Below, in pieces: positions 50,250 to 63,230 of a stretch of DNA of 63,583 nucleotides; the stretch's first letter is position 1; every line of letters begins with the position of its first letter. Origin of the DNA: Lama glama (taxonomy: Eukaryota); contig CM052832.1 in NCBI GenBank assembly GCA_028534125.1, positions 16,432,418 through 16,496,000 on the forward strand, written 5' to 3'. The position numbers and the translations under genes are program-made. The notes under the pieces were generated by a model that ran no database searches, was not told where the DNA came from, and saw only the letters and a program-made list of their open reading frames with translations.

Positions 50250-51560
50250 TGCAGGATAAAAACAGGGTTCCAGAGTGGGAGTGACTCGACGCGAAGTGGG
50301 GCGTCGCTGAGTGATGGGAGGGGGTCCACTATGGAGGAAAGAAAATTCTGGGAGAGGACAGTCAGGCGCGGCCCACCCCAGAGTGGCAGCAGAGAAGGGG
50401 GCCCACAAATAGGGGTGAGAGACCAGGAGCGCAGAGGAGAATGGGGAGTTGCGGCCCAGGAGTGAAGGTCGCTCCAGGAAGCCAGGAAGGTGGGAAGGTA
50501 AGGACAGGCTGCGGACTCAGAGGAGGGCTGGAGGTTCGGGTCCCCGGGTGGGAGTATCGGAGGGGGAGGGGCAGGCAGGGCCCGGCAGCAGGAGGACAAA
50601 ATGGCGGCGGCTAATGGCAGCTTCTCCTCCCCCCGGCCCGCCGCCGCCGCCACCGCCGCTGCCACCACCGCTCCCGCGCCGGAAAAGGGCGTTAGCATTC
50701 GGCTTGCCCAGACTCACCTGGCCGGGTGCGCGGGGGTCCGGGACCGGGGCTTAGGGACTCCCCGGAGTAGGATGGCGGTGGGGCGGGGGCGGATGGCGGC
50801 GGATGGCGCCGGGTTCGGCTCCTCCCGTCTCCCTCGCTCACTCCGCGGCTGGGCTCCGACTAACGGCCCATCCGGGCAACCGCCGCCCCCGGGAGCGCCC
50901 CCCCACTCCCGCCTCCCTCCGCGCCTAGACACGCCCCTTGATTTGCATAAAAGGCGGGGCGCTTTCTACCGTATCCCTCTTTACTTCCAGGGTTGTCCTT
51001 ATTTAAAAAAAAAAGGCCTGCGAAGCAGACGTAGGCTATTTGCATAAAGAGGAGGGACTTACAAGCGCTAGGACGCCGGTTGGCTGAAGAGACGGGCCCC
51101 CGGCGTCAGCCGTTGAGACGTGTAGAGGGGGCGGAAATGCGGCGCCGGACGGTTGGGTCGCAGAATTTGCACGACAAATAGAGAAAGAGGCGGAGCTTGC
51201 GTCGTGCGTTCGTGGAAAGATGAGAGCGGAGAAACGTAGGGACGCCGAGAGTAGAAGGAAACGATGGTAGGCCCGTGGCGTTTTCCGCGGAGGAGACGGA
51301 GCTAGAAGACGGGGCGGAAGGGATTAGTTGCCGGAGGGCGGAGCTTACGTAACCAGGGAAGAGTCCCAAGTCACGCATTTCTTCGCGAGAGGTGAAAGCA
51401 CTGGAGGAGCGGGGCCTTAGTTTATTAAATCACGTCATGCAAATAAAATGGATACACAGGCCAATTCAAGGGTCCAGGGGAATGCATCGTGGGCACCACA
51501 CAGCGTAGGCATTCTGTGGGTAGGTCTTTATTTGCATAATGTATGCAAATAATTTGAACA
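50250..51560 (-). promoter_or_regulatory. PRRC2A CpG-island promoter and non-coding exon 1
   Basis: CpG island; exon 1 donor GTGAGT at 50717; YY1 motif CAAAATGGCGGC at 50597-50608; five octamer motifs at 50941-51550. Confidence 0.8.
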
Positions 51561-51999
51561 AAGATAGGCTACGAATAACCTACTCACGAAAATATTGGCA
51601 ACCAGTGACTAGGACGGACATTTAGTTTTATAATCTATAATTTTCATGAATATATTTGTATATTTGATATTTTTGGCAGTTTGCGTTCCATTCACAATGG
51701 GTTTAATAATACGGAATGCAATACCATTTTTCTCCTTTGTCTCCCATTTAGTCTCCTTTTATTCGGCTCCAATCAGACCTACTACCCGTTTAACAAATCA
51801 TTCAACAATTATTTTTTAACCAATAAAAGTGCGTATAATAGATTTTTATTAGAGAGATTTTAAGTTTACAGAACGAATGAGCGGAAGTACAGAGAATTCC
51901 CATAAACTCCTTCCCCTGCCTCAGTTTCCCCTATTATTAACATAGTGCATTGGTATGGCACATTTGTTGCAATTGATAAACCAGTAGTGAAAAGTTATT

Positions 52000-54900
52000 A
52001 TTTTTTCTTCCGGTTTTACTGAAATATGATTGACATACAGCACTATATACATTTCAGGTAAACAGCATAATGATTTGGTATAGGAACATCATGAGATGAT
52101 CACCACAATGTTTAGTGAACATCTATCATCTCACATAGTTAAAACTTAACGAAATAGAAAAAAATGTATTTTTTCCTTGTGATGAGAACTAAGGATTTAC
52201 TGTCTTAACAACCTTCATCAGTTTTAATTATATTTATCATGTTGTACATTACATTTCTAGTACTTATCTTGTAACTGGAAGTTTGTACCTTATGACTACC
52301 TTCATCCAATTCCCCGTCTTCCCACTGCCTCCTGCCTCTGGTAACCACAAATCTGATCTCTTTCTCTATGAATTTGTTTGTTTGCTTGTTTTTGAAGTAT
52401 AATTGACCTACAATACTATGTTAGTTCCTGGTACACAAACAGTGATTTGATATTTTTATACATTTCAAAATGATCCACCACCGTAAGTCTAGGTACCATC
52501 TGTCACCTTACAAAGGTATTACCTAATTATTGATTATATTCTTCATACTATATGTTTCATATGTGTGACTCAATTATTTTATAACCGGAAGTTTCTATCG
52601 CTTAATCTCCCTTGCCTATTTCTCTCCTACCCCTACTCTCCTACCCCCTGGCAACTACCTGTTTGTTCTCTGTATCTATAACTCAGTTTCTGCTTTGTTA
52701 GATTTGATCATTTGTTTTGTTTTATAGAGCCCACGTAAGTGAAATCATACAGTGTTTGTCTTTCTGTGTCTGACTTATTTCACTTAGCACAATACGCTCT
52801 AGGTCTACCATGTTGACACAAATAGCAAGATTTTATTCTTTCTAATGGCTGAATAATATTCCATTGTACATAAATACCACATCTTCTTTATCCATTCATC
52901 TATTGATGGGCACTTAGGTTGCTTCCATACCTTGGAATATATTATAAATAATGCTTCAATGAACATAGAAGTGCATATATCTTTTTGAATTAGTGTTTTC
53001 ATTTTCTTTGGATAAATATCCAGAAGTGAAATTGCTGGATTGTATGGTAGTTCTACTTTTAATTTTTTGAGGAATCTCTATATTGTTTTCTATAGTGGCT
53101 GCACCAATTTACATTCCCACTAACAGTGCACTAGCGTTCCCTTTTCTCCACATCCTTGTCAACATTTGTATTTGCTGTCTTTTTGATAATGGCATTCTGA
53201 CAAGTGTGAGGTGAATTTCATTGTAGTTTTGATTTGCATCACTAATCATCCCTTCACTAATCACTCCTGATGGTTAGTGATGTTGAGCATCTTTTCTTGT
53301 ACCTGTTAGCCATCTGTATGTCTTCTTTGGAAAAAATGTCTCTTTAGGGCCTCTGCCCATTTTTTAATCTGGTTGGGTTTTTTGTCTTTTGCTTTTTGCT
53401 TTTTTGATGTTAAATTGTATGAGTTCTTTGTATATTTTGGATGTTAACCTCTTATAGGATATATCATTTGCAAATATCTTATCCCATTCAGTAGGCAGGC
53501 TTTTTATTTTGTTGATAGTTTCCTTCTCTGTGCAAAAGCTTTATAGTTTGATGTAGTCCCATTTGTTTATTTTTGCTTTTATTTCCCTTGACTGAAGAGA
53601 TATATCAAAAAATAAATATTGCTGAGACTGGTGTCAAAGAGCACACTGCTTATGCTTTCTTCTACGAGTTTTATGGTTTCAGGTCTTACATTTAAGTCTT
53701 GAATCCATTTTGAGTTATTTTTGTATATTGTGTGAGAAAGTAGTCCAGTTTGATTCTTTTGCATATAGCTGTTCACTTTTCCTAACACCATTAATTGAAG
53801 AGGCTATCTTTCCCCCACTGTATATTTTTGCCTCCTTTGTCCTAGGTTAAGTGACCATATAAGTGTGGGTTCATTTCTGGGCTTTCTAACCTGTTCCATT
53901 GGTCTTTGTGTCTTTTTTTGTGTGTGCTAGTACTGTATTGTTTGATTATTGTACCTTTGTAGTATAGTTTGAAAACAGGGTACATGATACCTCCAGTTTG
54001 TTCTTTTTTCTCAGGATTGTTTTGAATATTCAGAGTCTTTGTGTTTCCATACAAATTTTAGAATTATTAGTTCTAGTTCTATGAAAAATGCCATTGATAT
54101 TTTGATAGGGATGGCATTGAATCTGTAGATTGCTTTGGATAGCATAGTCATTTTAATATTAATCTTTCCAATCCATAAGGACAGTATGGCTTTCCATTTG
54201 TTTGTGTTGTCTTCAGTTTCTTTCATCAGTGTCTTATAGTTTTCTGAGTAAAGGTCTCTTGCCTCCTTAGTTAGATTTATTCCCAAGTATTTTATTCTTT
54301 TTTGATGTGATTATAAATGAAATTATTTTCTTAATTTCTCTTTCTGATAGTTTGTTGGTAGTGTATACAAATGCAACAGATTTATGTATATTAATTTTGT
54401 ATCCTAGAACTTTACCTGATTCATGGTGAGTTCTGATAGTTTTTTGGTGGCATCTTTAGGATTTTCTATGTGTAGTATCATGTCATCTACAAACAGTAAC
54501 AGTTTTACTTCTTCCTTTCCAATTTGGATTCCTTTTATTTCTTTTTCTTTTCTGATTGCTGTGCCTAGAACTAACAATACTATGCTGAATTAAAGTGGTG
54601 AGAGTAGGCATCCTTGTATTGTTCCTGATCTTAGAGGAAATGTTTCAGCTTTTCACTATTGAGTCTGATATTAGTTGTGGGCTTGTCATATATAGCCTTT
54701 ATTATGTGAGATATGCTCCCTCTATACCAACTTTCTGGAGAGTTTTTATCATAAATGGATGTTGAATTTTGTCACAAGCTTTTTCTGCATCTACTGAGAT
54801 GATCTTATCATTTTTATTCCTGTTTGTTAATCTGGGATATCACATTGATTGATTTGCATATGTTGAACCATTCTTGCATCCCTGGGATAAATCCTACTTG

Positions 54901-55803
54901 ATCATGATGTATTTAATGTATTGTGGAATTCCATTTGCTGATATGTTTTGAGGATTTTTGCTTGTTCATTCATCAGTGATATTTTCCTGTAATTTTCATT
55001 TGTCTTTGTGTGTGATATCTTTGTCTGGTTTTGGTATCAGGGTGATGCTGGCCTCAAAGAATGAATTCAGAAGTGTTCCTTTCTCTGCAGTTTTTTTGAA
55101 ATAGTTTCAGAAGGATAGATGATAACTCTTCTTTAAATGTTTGGTAGAATTCACCTGTGAAGAAATCCAGTCCTGGACTTTTGTTTGTTGGGAGTTTCTT
55201 TTATTACTGATTTAATTTCATTACTGGTAATTGGTCTGTTCATGTTTTCTATTTCTTCCTGATTTAGTCTTGGGAGATTATACATTTCTAGGAATTTGTC
55301 CATTTCTTCTAGGTTGTTCATTTTATTGGTGTATAATTGTTCTCTCTTATGATCCTTTGTACTTCTGTGATGTTGGTTGTAACTTCTTATTTTTTCATTT
55401 CTGATTTTATTGATTTGGACTGTCTCTCTTTTTTCTTGATGAGTCTGGCTAAAGGTTTATCAATTTTGTTTATCTTTTCAAAGAACAGCTCTTAGTTTTA
55501 TTAATCTTTTCTATTTTTTTTTTTAGTCTCTATTTCATTTATTTTTGTTTTCATCTTTATTGTTTCTTTCCTTCTACTAACTTTGGGTTTTGTTTGTTCT
55601 TCTTTATCTAATTCCTTTAGGTGTAAAGTTATTTTGTTTATTTGAGATTTTTCTTGTTTCCTGAGGTAGGCTTGTATCGCTGTAAACTTCCCTCTTAGAA
55701 GTGCTTTTGCTGCATCCCATAGATTTTAGAGTGTTGTGTTTTCATTTTCATTTGTCTCCAGTTATTTTTATATTTCCTCTTTGATTTCTTCAGTGACCCA
55801 TTG
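52000..55803 (-). mobile_element. 5'-truncated, decayed LINE-1 (ORF2 plus 3'UTR), ~3.8 kb
   Basis: Broken minus-strand ORF2 fragments (..[65 protein letters not shown]) with many stops and frameshifts; 3'UTR toward 52000. Confidence 0.93.
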
Positions 55804-55959
55804 TCAACAGCTGTGTTTTGGATGCACCAGAGATATGCACAGAATGTTATAGAAGTGAAGGAATAAAAACCAGATCATGCCTGGGCAGGTTCAGAAATGC
55901 TTCTAGAAAAATGTGACTCTCGTTAACTGATATGAAGAACTAGTTAAGATTTAGCCAAC

Positions 55960-56490
55960 TTTAGCAGCACTATTTACAATAGCGAAGACAATGAAAACAA
56001 CTCAAATATTCATCAATAGATGACTGGGTAAAGAAGATATGGTGTATATGTATATGTGTGTGTGTGTGTGTGTATGATGGAATACTACTCAGCTATAAAA
56101 AAGAATAAAATAATGCCATTTGCAGCAACTTGGGTGGACCTGGAGATCATCATTCTAAGTGAAGTAACCCAGAAAGAGAAAGAAAAATGCCATAAGATAA
56201 CATTTATATGTGGAATCTAAAAAAAAAAAAAGAAGGACACAAGTGAACTACTTATTTATAACTTAAGTGATTGATATCTTGAAAATGTGTAAGCACATTT
56301 GACTGTCCTTTATGATTGGATTACTGCATGTTACTGTTATTTTGTGATTGGCTTTATTCCTTTGATAACTATGTAAGTTTAAAAAGCTAAATTAAGAATA
56401 TGAAATGTATGTGTATGTATCACTGAACTATTATGCTGTGCACCAAAAATTGACACAACATTGTAAACTGACTATAGTTCAACTAAAAAA
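55960..56490 (+). mobile_element. LINE-1 3'-end fragment with an internal non-L1 segment
   Basis: GCAGCACTATTTACAATAGC..GGAATACTACTCAGC..TGGACCTGGAGATCATCATTCTAAGTGAAGT, ending ACATTGTAAACTGACTATAGTTCAACTAAAAAA. Confidence 0.85.
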
Positions 56491-56789
56491 TATATGTTTA
56501 GCCAAGTTTGAAGAAAGGGTACACATCTCAGGCCCAGTGAACTGATGAGCAGAGGCATGGGTTTAGAACTTATGCCTAGGCTGGTGTGGCTAAATTAAGG
56601 GACTGCCTGTCCATTGTGGACATTAGAGGAAAAAATTTAAAAGAATGTGTTAAGAATTTTATCCTGGGGCTCTTTAAGATGGTTGAGATGGTTGAGTTCT
56701 CAAACTTTCAAAACGTTTCTCTTGTCCCCTTCCCCTGGTCAGCTACTACTGCAAAATTTTTTGGAAGAGCTACCCATACACACCATCTC

Positions 56790-57910
56790 TCATTCTTTTG
56801 TAAACTCACTTCAGTCAAGCCTTGATCCCCACCTTCTACCCAGACTGGGTATGTCAAGGGCATCAGTCTTATGGCTTGAAATAGCATTTATGTGCTAATC
56901 ACAACTAAATGTTTATCTTCATCAGAGGCCTCTCTCCCAAACTCCAGACATGAATATGCAGCTATGTACTTGACATCTCCTCATGAGTATCTAACAGATC
57001 ATTTCAAATTCAGTGTGTCCAAAACTGAACATTTGATCTCCAGCCCTTCAAAACCTTCTCTATCCACAGCTTTCACCATCTCAGCTGATGACAGTTTAAA
57101 AATTCCAATTAAGTCAAAAGTCCTGGAAACCTCATGGACTCCCTTCCTTCTCTCCCTCTCCACTTTCAGTCAGACAGGAAATCTTATCTTAAGAAAATAT
57201 CCGGAGTCCAACCTCTCCACTTCCACTGCTTTCACCTTGATCTGAACCATCCTCATCTCTCACCTGGGTTATAGCCACAGCCTCCTACTTGGTCTTCCCG
57301 AGTCTACCCCTGCTCCTGAAGTCTGTTCTCTGTACTGCAGTCAGAGTGGGCCTTTTCTCAAAAGAGGTTTCAAGGGACTCCTTTGCTCAAAGTCCTGCAG
57401 TGCTTCTTTGCTTCTCTCTGAGTAAAAGCCAACTAACGTCCTTACAGCAGCCTTCAAGACCCTTGATGACTTGGCCTCCTGTTATATTTCTGATTGTATT
57501 ACTCTCCCCATCTGCACAGGCCTGTCTCACCTTGGGGCTCTTCTGCTCCTTTTCTCTCTGCCCAGTTGGCTCTTCCCCCCAGGAACCTGTATGGCTCACT
57601 CTTTTACCTCCTTGAAGTTTTTGCTTAATGTTGGTCACCTTCTGGATGAGGCCTATCCTGATTACCCTTCCAAAATTTTAATCTTCCCTTACATCCTGGC
57701 ACCCCTGATTCCCTTTAACCTGCTCTACTTTCTCTTTTTGTCATAGTATTTGTCATCTTCTAAAAGAGCATACAAATTGTAAATTCTGTTGACTTTCTAT
57801 TGTCTGTCTCTCTTCCCACACCAATTCCCACAATGGAATGTAAGCTTCACAAAGGCAGGGAGCTTTGTTTTGCTCACTCTTATATCCCAAGCACCTGGAT
57901 GGTGCTTGGA
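56790..57910 (+). mobile_element. L2 LINE remnant
   Basis: L2 3'-region signatures TTCAAATTCAGTGTGTCCAAAACTGAAC and GGAATGTAAGCTTCACAAAGGCAGGGA..TATATCCCAAGCACCT. Confidence 0.7.
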
Positions 57911-59523
57911 GGGAATGACACATAATGATTTTTTAAATGATTTTAAAAATCTTTTTTATCAAAGTATCAAAGAATTTCATAACTTTTCATGAACTAAGCA
58001 GAACATGTAACTAAAAACAGAACCTTAGCTAGCACCACAGAAGCTGCTCAAGTCCTTTTCTTGTCACTGCCCTCCCCCAAGGCTAACTACTATCCTGACT
58101 TCTAACAATATTTATTAGTTTTCCTTGTGTTTGTACTTTATATGAGTGAAATTGTACAGTAAGTGTTCTTTTTTTGTTTGTCTTCTTTTGTGCCACAGTA
58201 TATTAATGAAATTGTTGCATTTAGTTTGTTCATTCTTATTACTATATAGTAATAGTCTGTTGTGTAAATATAACCCAATTTATTTATCCTGAATGAGCAA
58301 GTTGTTTAAGCCACAGATCCTTTCTATCCTCCTTAGTGTTGCCAGAGTTGTTGCAAAAATTAAATGAATTAATACATGGAAAGCATCTATCCAGTATATA
58401 GTGTGTGCTCCATAAAGGTTAGCTATTAATTTTTTTATATTCAGAGAGTTTATTCAACCCACATTGATTTCTTCTTCATTTGAAGTCCTATACAGTTACT
58501 GTAGCACTCTTTAGAATGCCAGCCTGGCTTTACCATTGGTGTGGGTCAACATGGGTGGCCCTAGGGTACCCATTTGTCCTCAGTAAATGAAACAAGCTGG
58601 ACCAATTGGATTCTTGCTTTCCAAGGAGTAAGAAAGTCTGAAGTAGTGGCCAGAGACTGGAAGTTGCTGGAGTTAATACATCTGGACCCCCTGGAGGAAA
58701 GGTCCAGGAATAGCCTCACTGAAGGCCTGGAAACTTTCAGGCTCCTGCCTACCCTGGAGTTGGCTATTTAACTCTTGCGACCATCCATGGATGCTGTATC
58801 CCCAGAATCTGCCCTTAGTTTCTTCCTAATACAAGCCCTTTTTCCTTTTATTAGGTAGACTCAGTTTTTGTAGCCTGTCCCCAGAAGGACCTCAAAACTC
58901 ATTTTCACTTAAATTATCCGGCTTTATAGGGTCATTAATCCTTTACTTAATTTGATAACACCAGTTATTTCATCCATCATCCATCCATTCATTCAAGGTT
59001 TATACCTTATTGAGAGCTTATGATATGTCAGGCACTGCAGGATACATCATATTATTTCCATTTTCAGATGAAAGACTCAGAGATCCTGAGTGATTTGTTA
59101 AGGTTACGAAGCTCATAGTGATAGAGAATGTTGATTCAAGGTATCCTTGCCTTTCATCAGTGGCTTGAGCAATAATACTTTATGTACAAGTCATTTCATC
59201 CCACTTAAATTCCTTGAGGTCAAGGCTATCTTATATACCTGGAATCCTCCTTGGTGTACAAAACCATCTGCTGTGGTAGACATACTACAAAATTGTTAAT
59301 GGATTGGTCATTTGGGAAATCCTTGTTATCTTTGCATCAAAGATGCTTTATCCTTCCCAAACCCAGGAAAAAACATCCCTCCAAAACAATGACCAAGCTG
59401 AGTTGATCTGAAGAAGGCTAATTTATTTAAATTAATTTGACTCTGGCTCACAGTTTTGTCTTTCTTTTCTATGCTGGGGTCACTAGAAGCCCCTTCAATC
59501 CTACCACATCTCCCCACCACAAA

Positions 59524-61103
59524 TCAGGGCAACTCGGAGATAGCTTTCTTGGCTGGGGGACCCGTTGGCTTCTCCTGTTCTCTCGCCTTCTCTTCATACA
59601 TAAGGATCCTGGTTGAGATAGGAAGAGACATGGGGATCAGGGGACAGTCGGACAGTCGGACAGTCCTCTCAAGAGAATAGATCTTAGGCTGCTGGAAATT
59701 CCATAAAAGGATAAGGGTTGTGAGGGTAGGAGGAGAAAGAGGAAGAGCAGGAGTGGGAGTGCTGGAGGCTGTGGGGACCAGAACCATGGAGGGGGATAGG
59801 ATTTTGGAAGAGTCTCTCAAAAGATGGAAAAAATAGATGCTGAGTAGTGTAGAAGTTGAGCCTGGCTGGGGACAGAGGCAGGGGTGGAGAAAAAACAGGT
59901 AAGTATACAGGAGGTTGGAACTGGACCCTTACATTTTTAGGATGGCAGATCTCTTGCCCAACATCATCTTGAGAAAGTCAGAGTAGCTGAAAGTCTCCCC
60001 AGAGCCACTGGATACCTCCTGGATTAATTTCTTTAGCTCCAGGTGGGTCTTGGGGACCCCAAGTTTCTCCAGCATTTGCTTCAGGGACATGATATCTGGA
60101 GGCAGATGATGGAGGTGAAGAGAGGAGGACGCTCTCTCTCTATCTCCCCCCGCCCACTTCCATATTCCCACTCCCCTTCCTCCTATCCTGGGAGCTAGGC
60201 TCTCTCCCAAACCATTGGGAATGGAGCACTGTAGGAAAGACCTCCCTCTTCCTAGATCTGCGCACTCCCCCCAAATCACCCTTTTCTCACCGATATCTCC
60301 ATTTCCATTCAGGTCAAACTCCATGTATTTCTCTGGGTGAGAGGAGAAAGCAAAGAGGATAGCACCGACTGGAGGGTCACAAGCAAGGGCAGGGCAGGGA
60401 TTGAGAAGGGGGTTACTAGGTCAGGGAGAAGGTGAGGAGGAGGTAGGGCAGGGGGAGGAAGTGGGGGTGTGGGGGGGTTGAGAGGCCCTAGTAAGGTGTA
60501 GGGAACTAGAGGGGGTGCTGAGGGGCAGGACAGGGGAACAGACTGTAACTAGGGTGGCAATGTAGGCACCCTCCCATCTTCCCACCACAAAAGTCCACTG
60601 TTTCTTCTGTCTCTTCTCTGTTCTTAGGGAAATCCTATCCTCCTCACCCCTTCTCCACCCGTACAGTCTCCCCCTTACTCTTGAAGGCTTCCAGCTTGGA
60701 AGGCAGGTCCTCATCACTGTTAAATTTGGGATCATCCAGGAATTGCTGTGGGGGAAAGCAAGAGCCTGGGTTGGCCCTCTGGGTTCACCTCCCTGCCCCA
60801 CACCCTGCCCCTTAGTTCTTCCTTTTACCTTGTTGATTTCATTGAGTCTCTCTTCTTGCTGGGCCTTCAGCAGTCCAAAGGCTTTTCCTCCTAAAGGGGC
60901 ACCAAGGTTAATGTATCCTCACCCCTACCCCGTCATCTTCTCCTCACCCCCAGGCCCAGCCTGAGGCCATCACAATTCTTCCTTCATAGGTCAGCTAACC
61001 ACCCTCCTAGCCCCCAGCCCAGGACTGTCGAGCTCCTTTCTCCCATTTTAGGATCCTGCCTTATGCCATCTTCCCTACCCTGTAAATCCCTGATTTGGCT
61101 CAT
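59524..61103 (-). CDS. AIF1: Allograft inflammatory factor 1 (Iba1), EF-hand protein, 147 aa
   Basis: Exons 61103-61079, 60890-60829, 60745-60679, 60332-60291, 60095-59933 and 59608-59524 (444 nt). Protein [44 protein letters not shown]. Minus-strand AATAAA at 59422-59427. Confidence 0.98.
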
Positions 61104-61205
61104 TGCTCAGCAGATGCTGGTGGAGATGTTGGTGGAAACAGACCAAACTGGCTGCCTCTCTCTGTCTGTCGGCTCTCCCACTAGCTTCCTGGAAGCCTCC
61201 CTCCC

Positions 61206-61218
61206 AAACTTCCTCTTT
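61206..61218 (-). promoter_or_regulatory. PU.1/ETS site in AIF1 promoter
   Basis: Minus strand AAAGAGGAAGTTT (PU.1 consensus) about 100 bp upstream of the ATG of a myeloid gene; a second GGGGAAGTG lies near 61240. Confidence 0.65.
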
Positions 61219-62339
61219 CCCCTCAGGTCCCAGGCCTCACTTCCCCATCAGTTTCTGCTGACACTAGCACCCAGGAAGAAGGAGGAGCTGGGTGTAGAAA
61301 AGAGATGAGAAAATAACATTCTCCTAAATTCCTCTTAAGGGGAGCCCAGTGTGTGCATGAAAGAAATATTTTGAGAAGCCACCAGAGGTGTTGGGGAAGG
61401 TCGGTAAGACCCCAGGGACATTTATTCTCAGGAACAAACGGTCTTTGAACAGGTCTGGACGTTCAGGTAACTCTAAGGCTCGGGTTTCACAAGTCTGGGC
61501 ACGCAGGTTTGGATAGGGAGCGCAGGAAAGGCTGACTGAGGTTTCCTGCTCTGTGAATGGGAGGAGAACCTGAAGTCCGCTGACAGGTTTGGGAGGGTGG
61601 TGAGATGGGGTGCAGGGTCTGGAAAGGAAGAGAAACTTCTCTTCTAGCCTGGCAGCTCCAGAGAGGCACTTAGAAATACGGAACTAACAAAGGAACCTTA
61701 ATTTGCTTCTGGATGTGCAGTGTAATCCTCTTATCTCCTTGGAAATTTTCAGTAAAATCGACATTGCTCAGGAATTCAAGAATTTAAGTAGATTCTTTGG
61801 AGCAACATGATACTGAGAGAGACCGGATTGGTGGACCCAAGGGACACCTTTATCCCCTTTGCTGCTCATTTTGGCTAATGGCTTCTAGGGGAGGCGAAGA
61901 CGGAGCATCCCCCTCACTGAGACACATTTGTCTAAACTCCCTTCCATGAACTCCAGCCACTCTGCCCCAGATAGACACACCTTTCCTTCTCCTCTCCTCC
62001 CACAAGCTATTTCCCCTTCTACAGCTGCGAGGTTTTACTTCTCACTGCCCTCTCCCTGACCCATGCAGGTTGGGGGAGATGCTGGAGGGGACTCTGACCT
62101 CTTGGCTTCTCTTTATTGCAGCTGCCTCCTCCCTGAAGAGAAAGCTGCAACCCTGCAGCTGGATGGTCCAGTGGTCTCAGTGCCTAGTGGGAGGAATTCA
62201 CTTTTTTATTCATACATCCATTCAACAAATATTTATTGAGTACGTACTATGATACCAGTTGTACTTCTCCACCCAGTGAACCAAATGAATGTAAACCCTT
62301 GTCCTCATGGACAGTCTAATTGGGGAAGACAGACAATAA

Positions 62340-62545
62340 AAATACTATATATAAAGTAGATAAACAAGTTTCTACTGTATAGCACAGGGAACTACCTTCA
62401 GTATCTTGTAGTAACCTATAATTAAAAAGAATATGAAAAGAAATATGTATGTATATGGATGACTGAAACATTATGATGCACACCAGAAATTGGTGTAACA
62501 TTGTAAACTGACTATATTTCAATTACAAAATAAATAAATGAATAA
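62340..62545 (+). mobile_element. LINE-1 3'-end fragment
   Basis: TACTGTATAGCACAGGGAACTA..TAACCTATAAT..AACATTGTAAACTGACTATATTTCAATT plus an A-rich tail. Confidence 0.85.
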
Positions 62546-62628
62546 ACAAGTATATTAATGGCAGTAGGTGCTTATGGAGAAGAGCTAAGTATGGAGGAGA
62601 GGGCTAGGAAGGGCTGTGTGGACTGCAG

Positions 62629-63220
62629 TTTTTTTTTAATTGAGTTATAATATTGTTTCAATTTCCAGTGTAGAGCACAATTTTTCAGTTATACATGAAC
62701 ATACATATATTCATTATCGCATTCTTTTCCCTGTGAGCTACCACAAGATTGTGTATATATTTCCCTGTGCTATACAGTATAATCTTGTTTATCTATTCTA
62801 CATATACTTGTCAGTATCTACAAATTTCGAACTCCCAGCCTGTCCTTTCCCACCCCCTCCCCCTTGGCAACCACAAGTTTGTATTCTATGTCTGTGAGTC
62901 TGTTTATGTTTTGTATTTATGTTCTTTTTAAAATATATATATTCCACATATGAGTGATCTCATATGGTATTTTTCTTTCTCTTTCTGGCTTACTTCACTT
63001 AGAATGACATTCTCCAGGGACATCCATGTTGCTGCAAATGGCGTTATGTTGTTTTTTTGTGGCTGAAGAGTATTCCATTGTATAAATATACCACATCTTC
63101 TTTATCCAGTCATCTGTCAATGGACATTTAAGCTGTTTTCCATGTCTTGGCTATTGTAAATAGTGCTGCTGTGAACATTGGGGTGCAGGTGTCTTTTTGA
63201 AGTAGGGCTCCTTCTGGAAA
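62629..63220 (-). mobile_element. LINE-1 3'-end fragment with target-site duplication
   Basis: ORF2 C-terminal piece KDTCTPMFTAALFTIAKTWK on the minus strand; poly-T at 62629; TGGACTGCA duplicated at 62619-62627 and 63222-63230. Confidence 0.88.
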
Positions 63221-63230
63221 TTGGACTGCA

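Noticed and set aside
50941..51900. snRNA-type gene driven by the octamer cluster
   Set aside because: No recognisable PSE or snRNA/7SK/Y RNA body nearby
52000..56490. Single twin-primed (5'-inverted) L1
   Set aside because: Both pieces contain the same ORF2 end and their own 3' termini, so they are independent insertions
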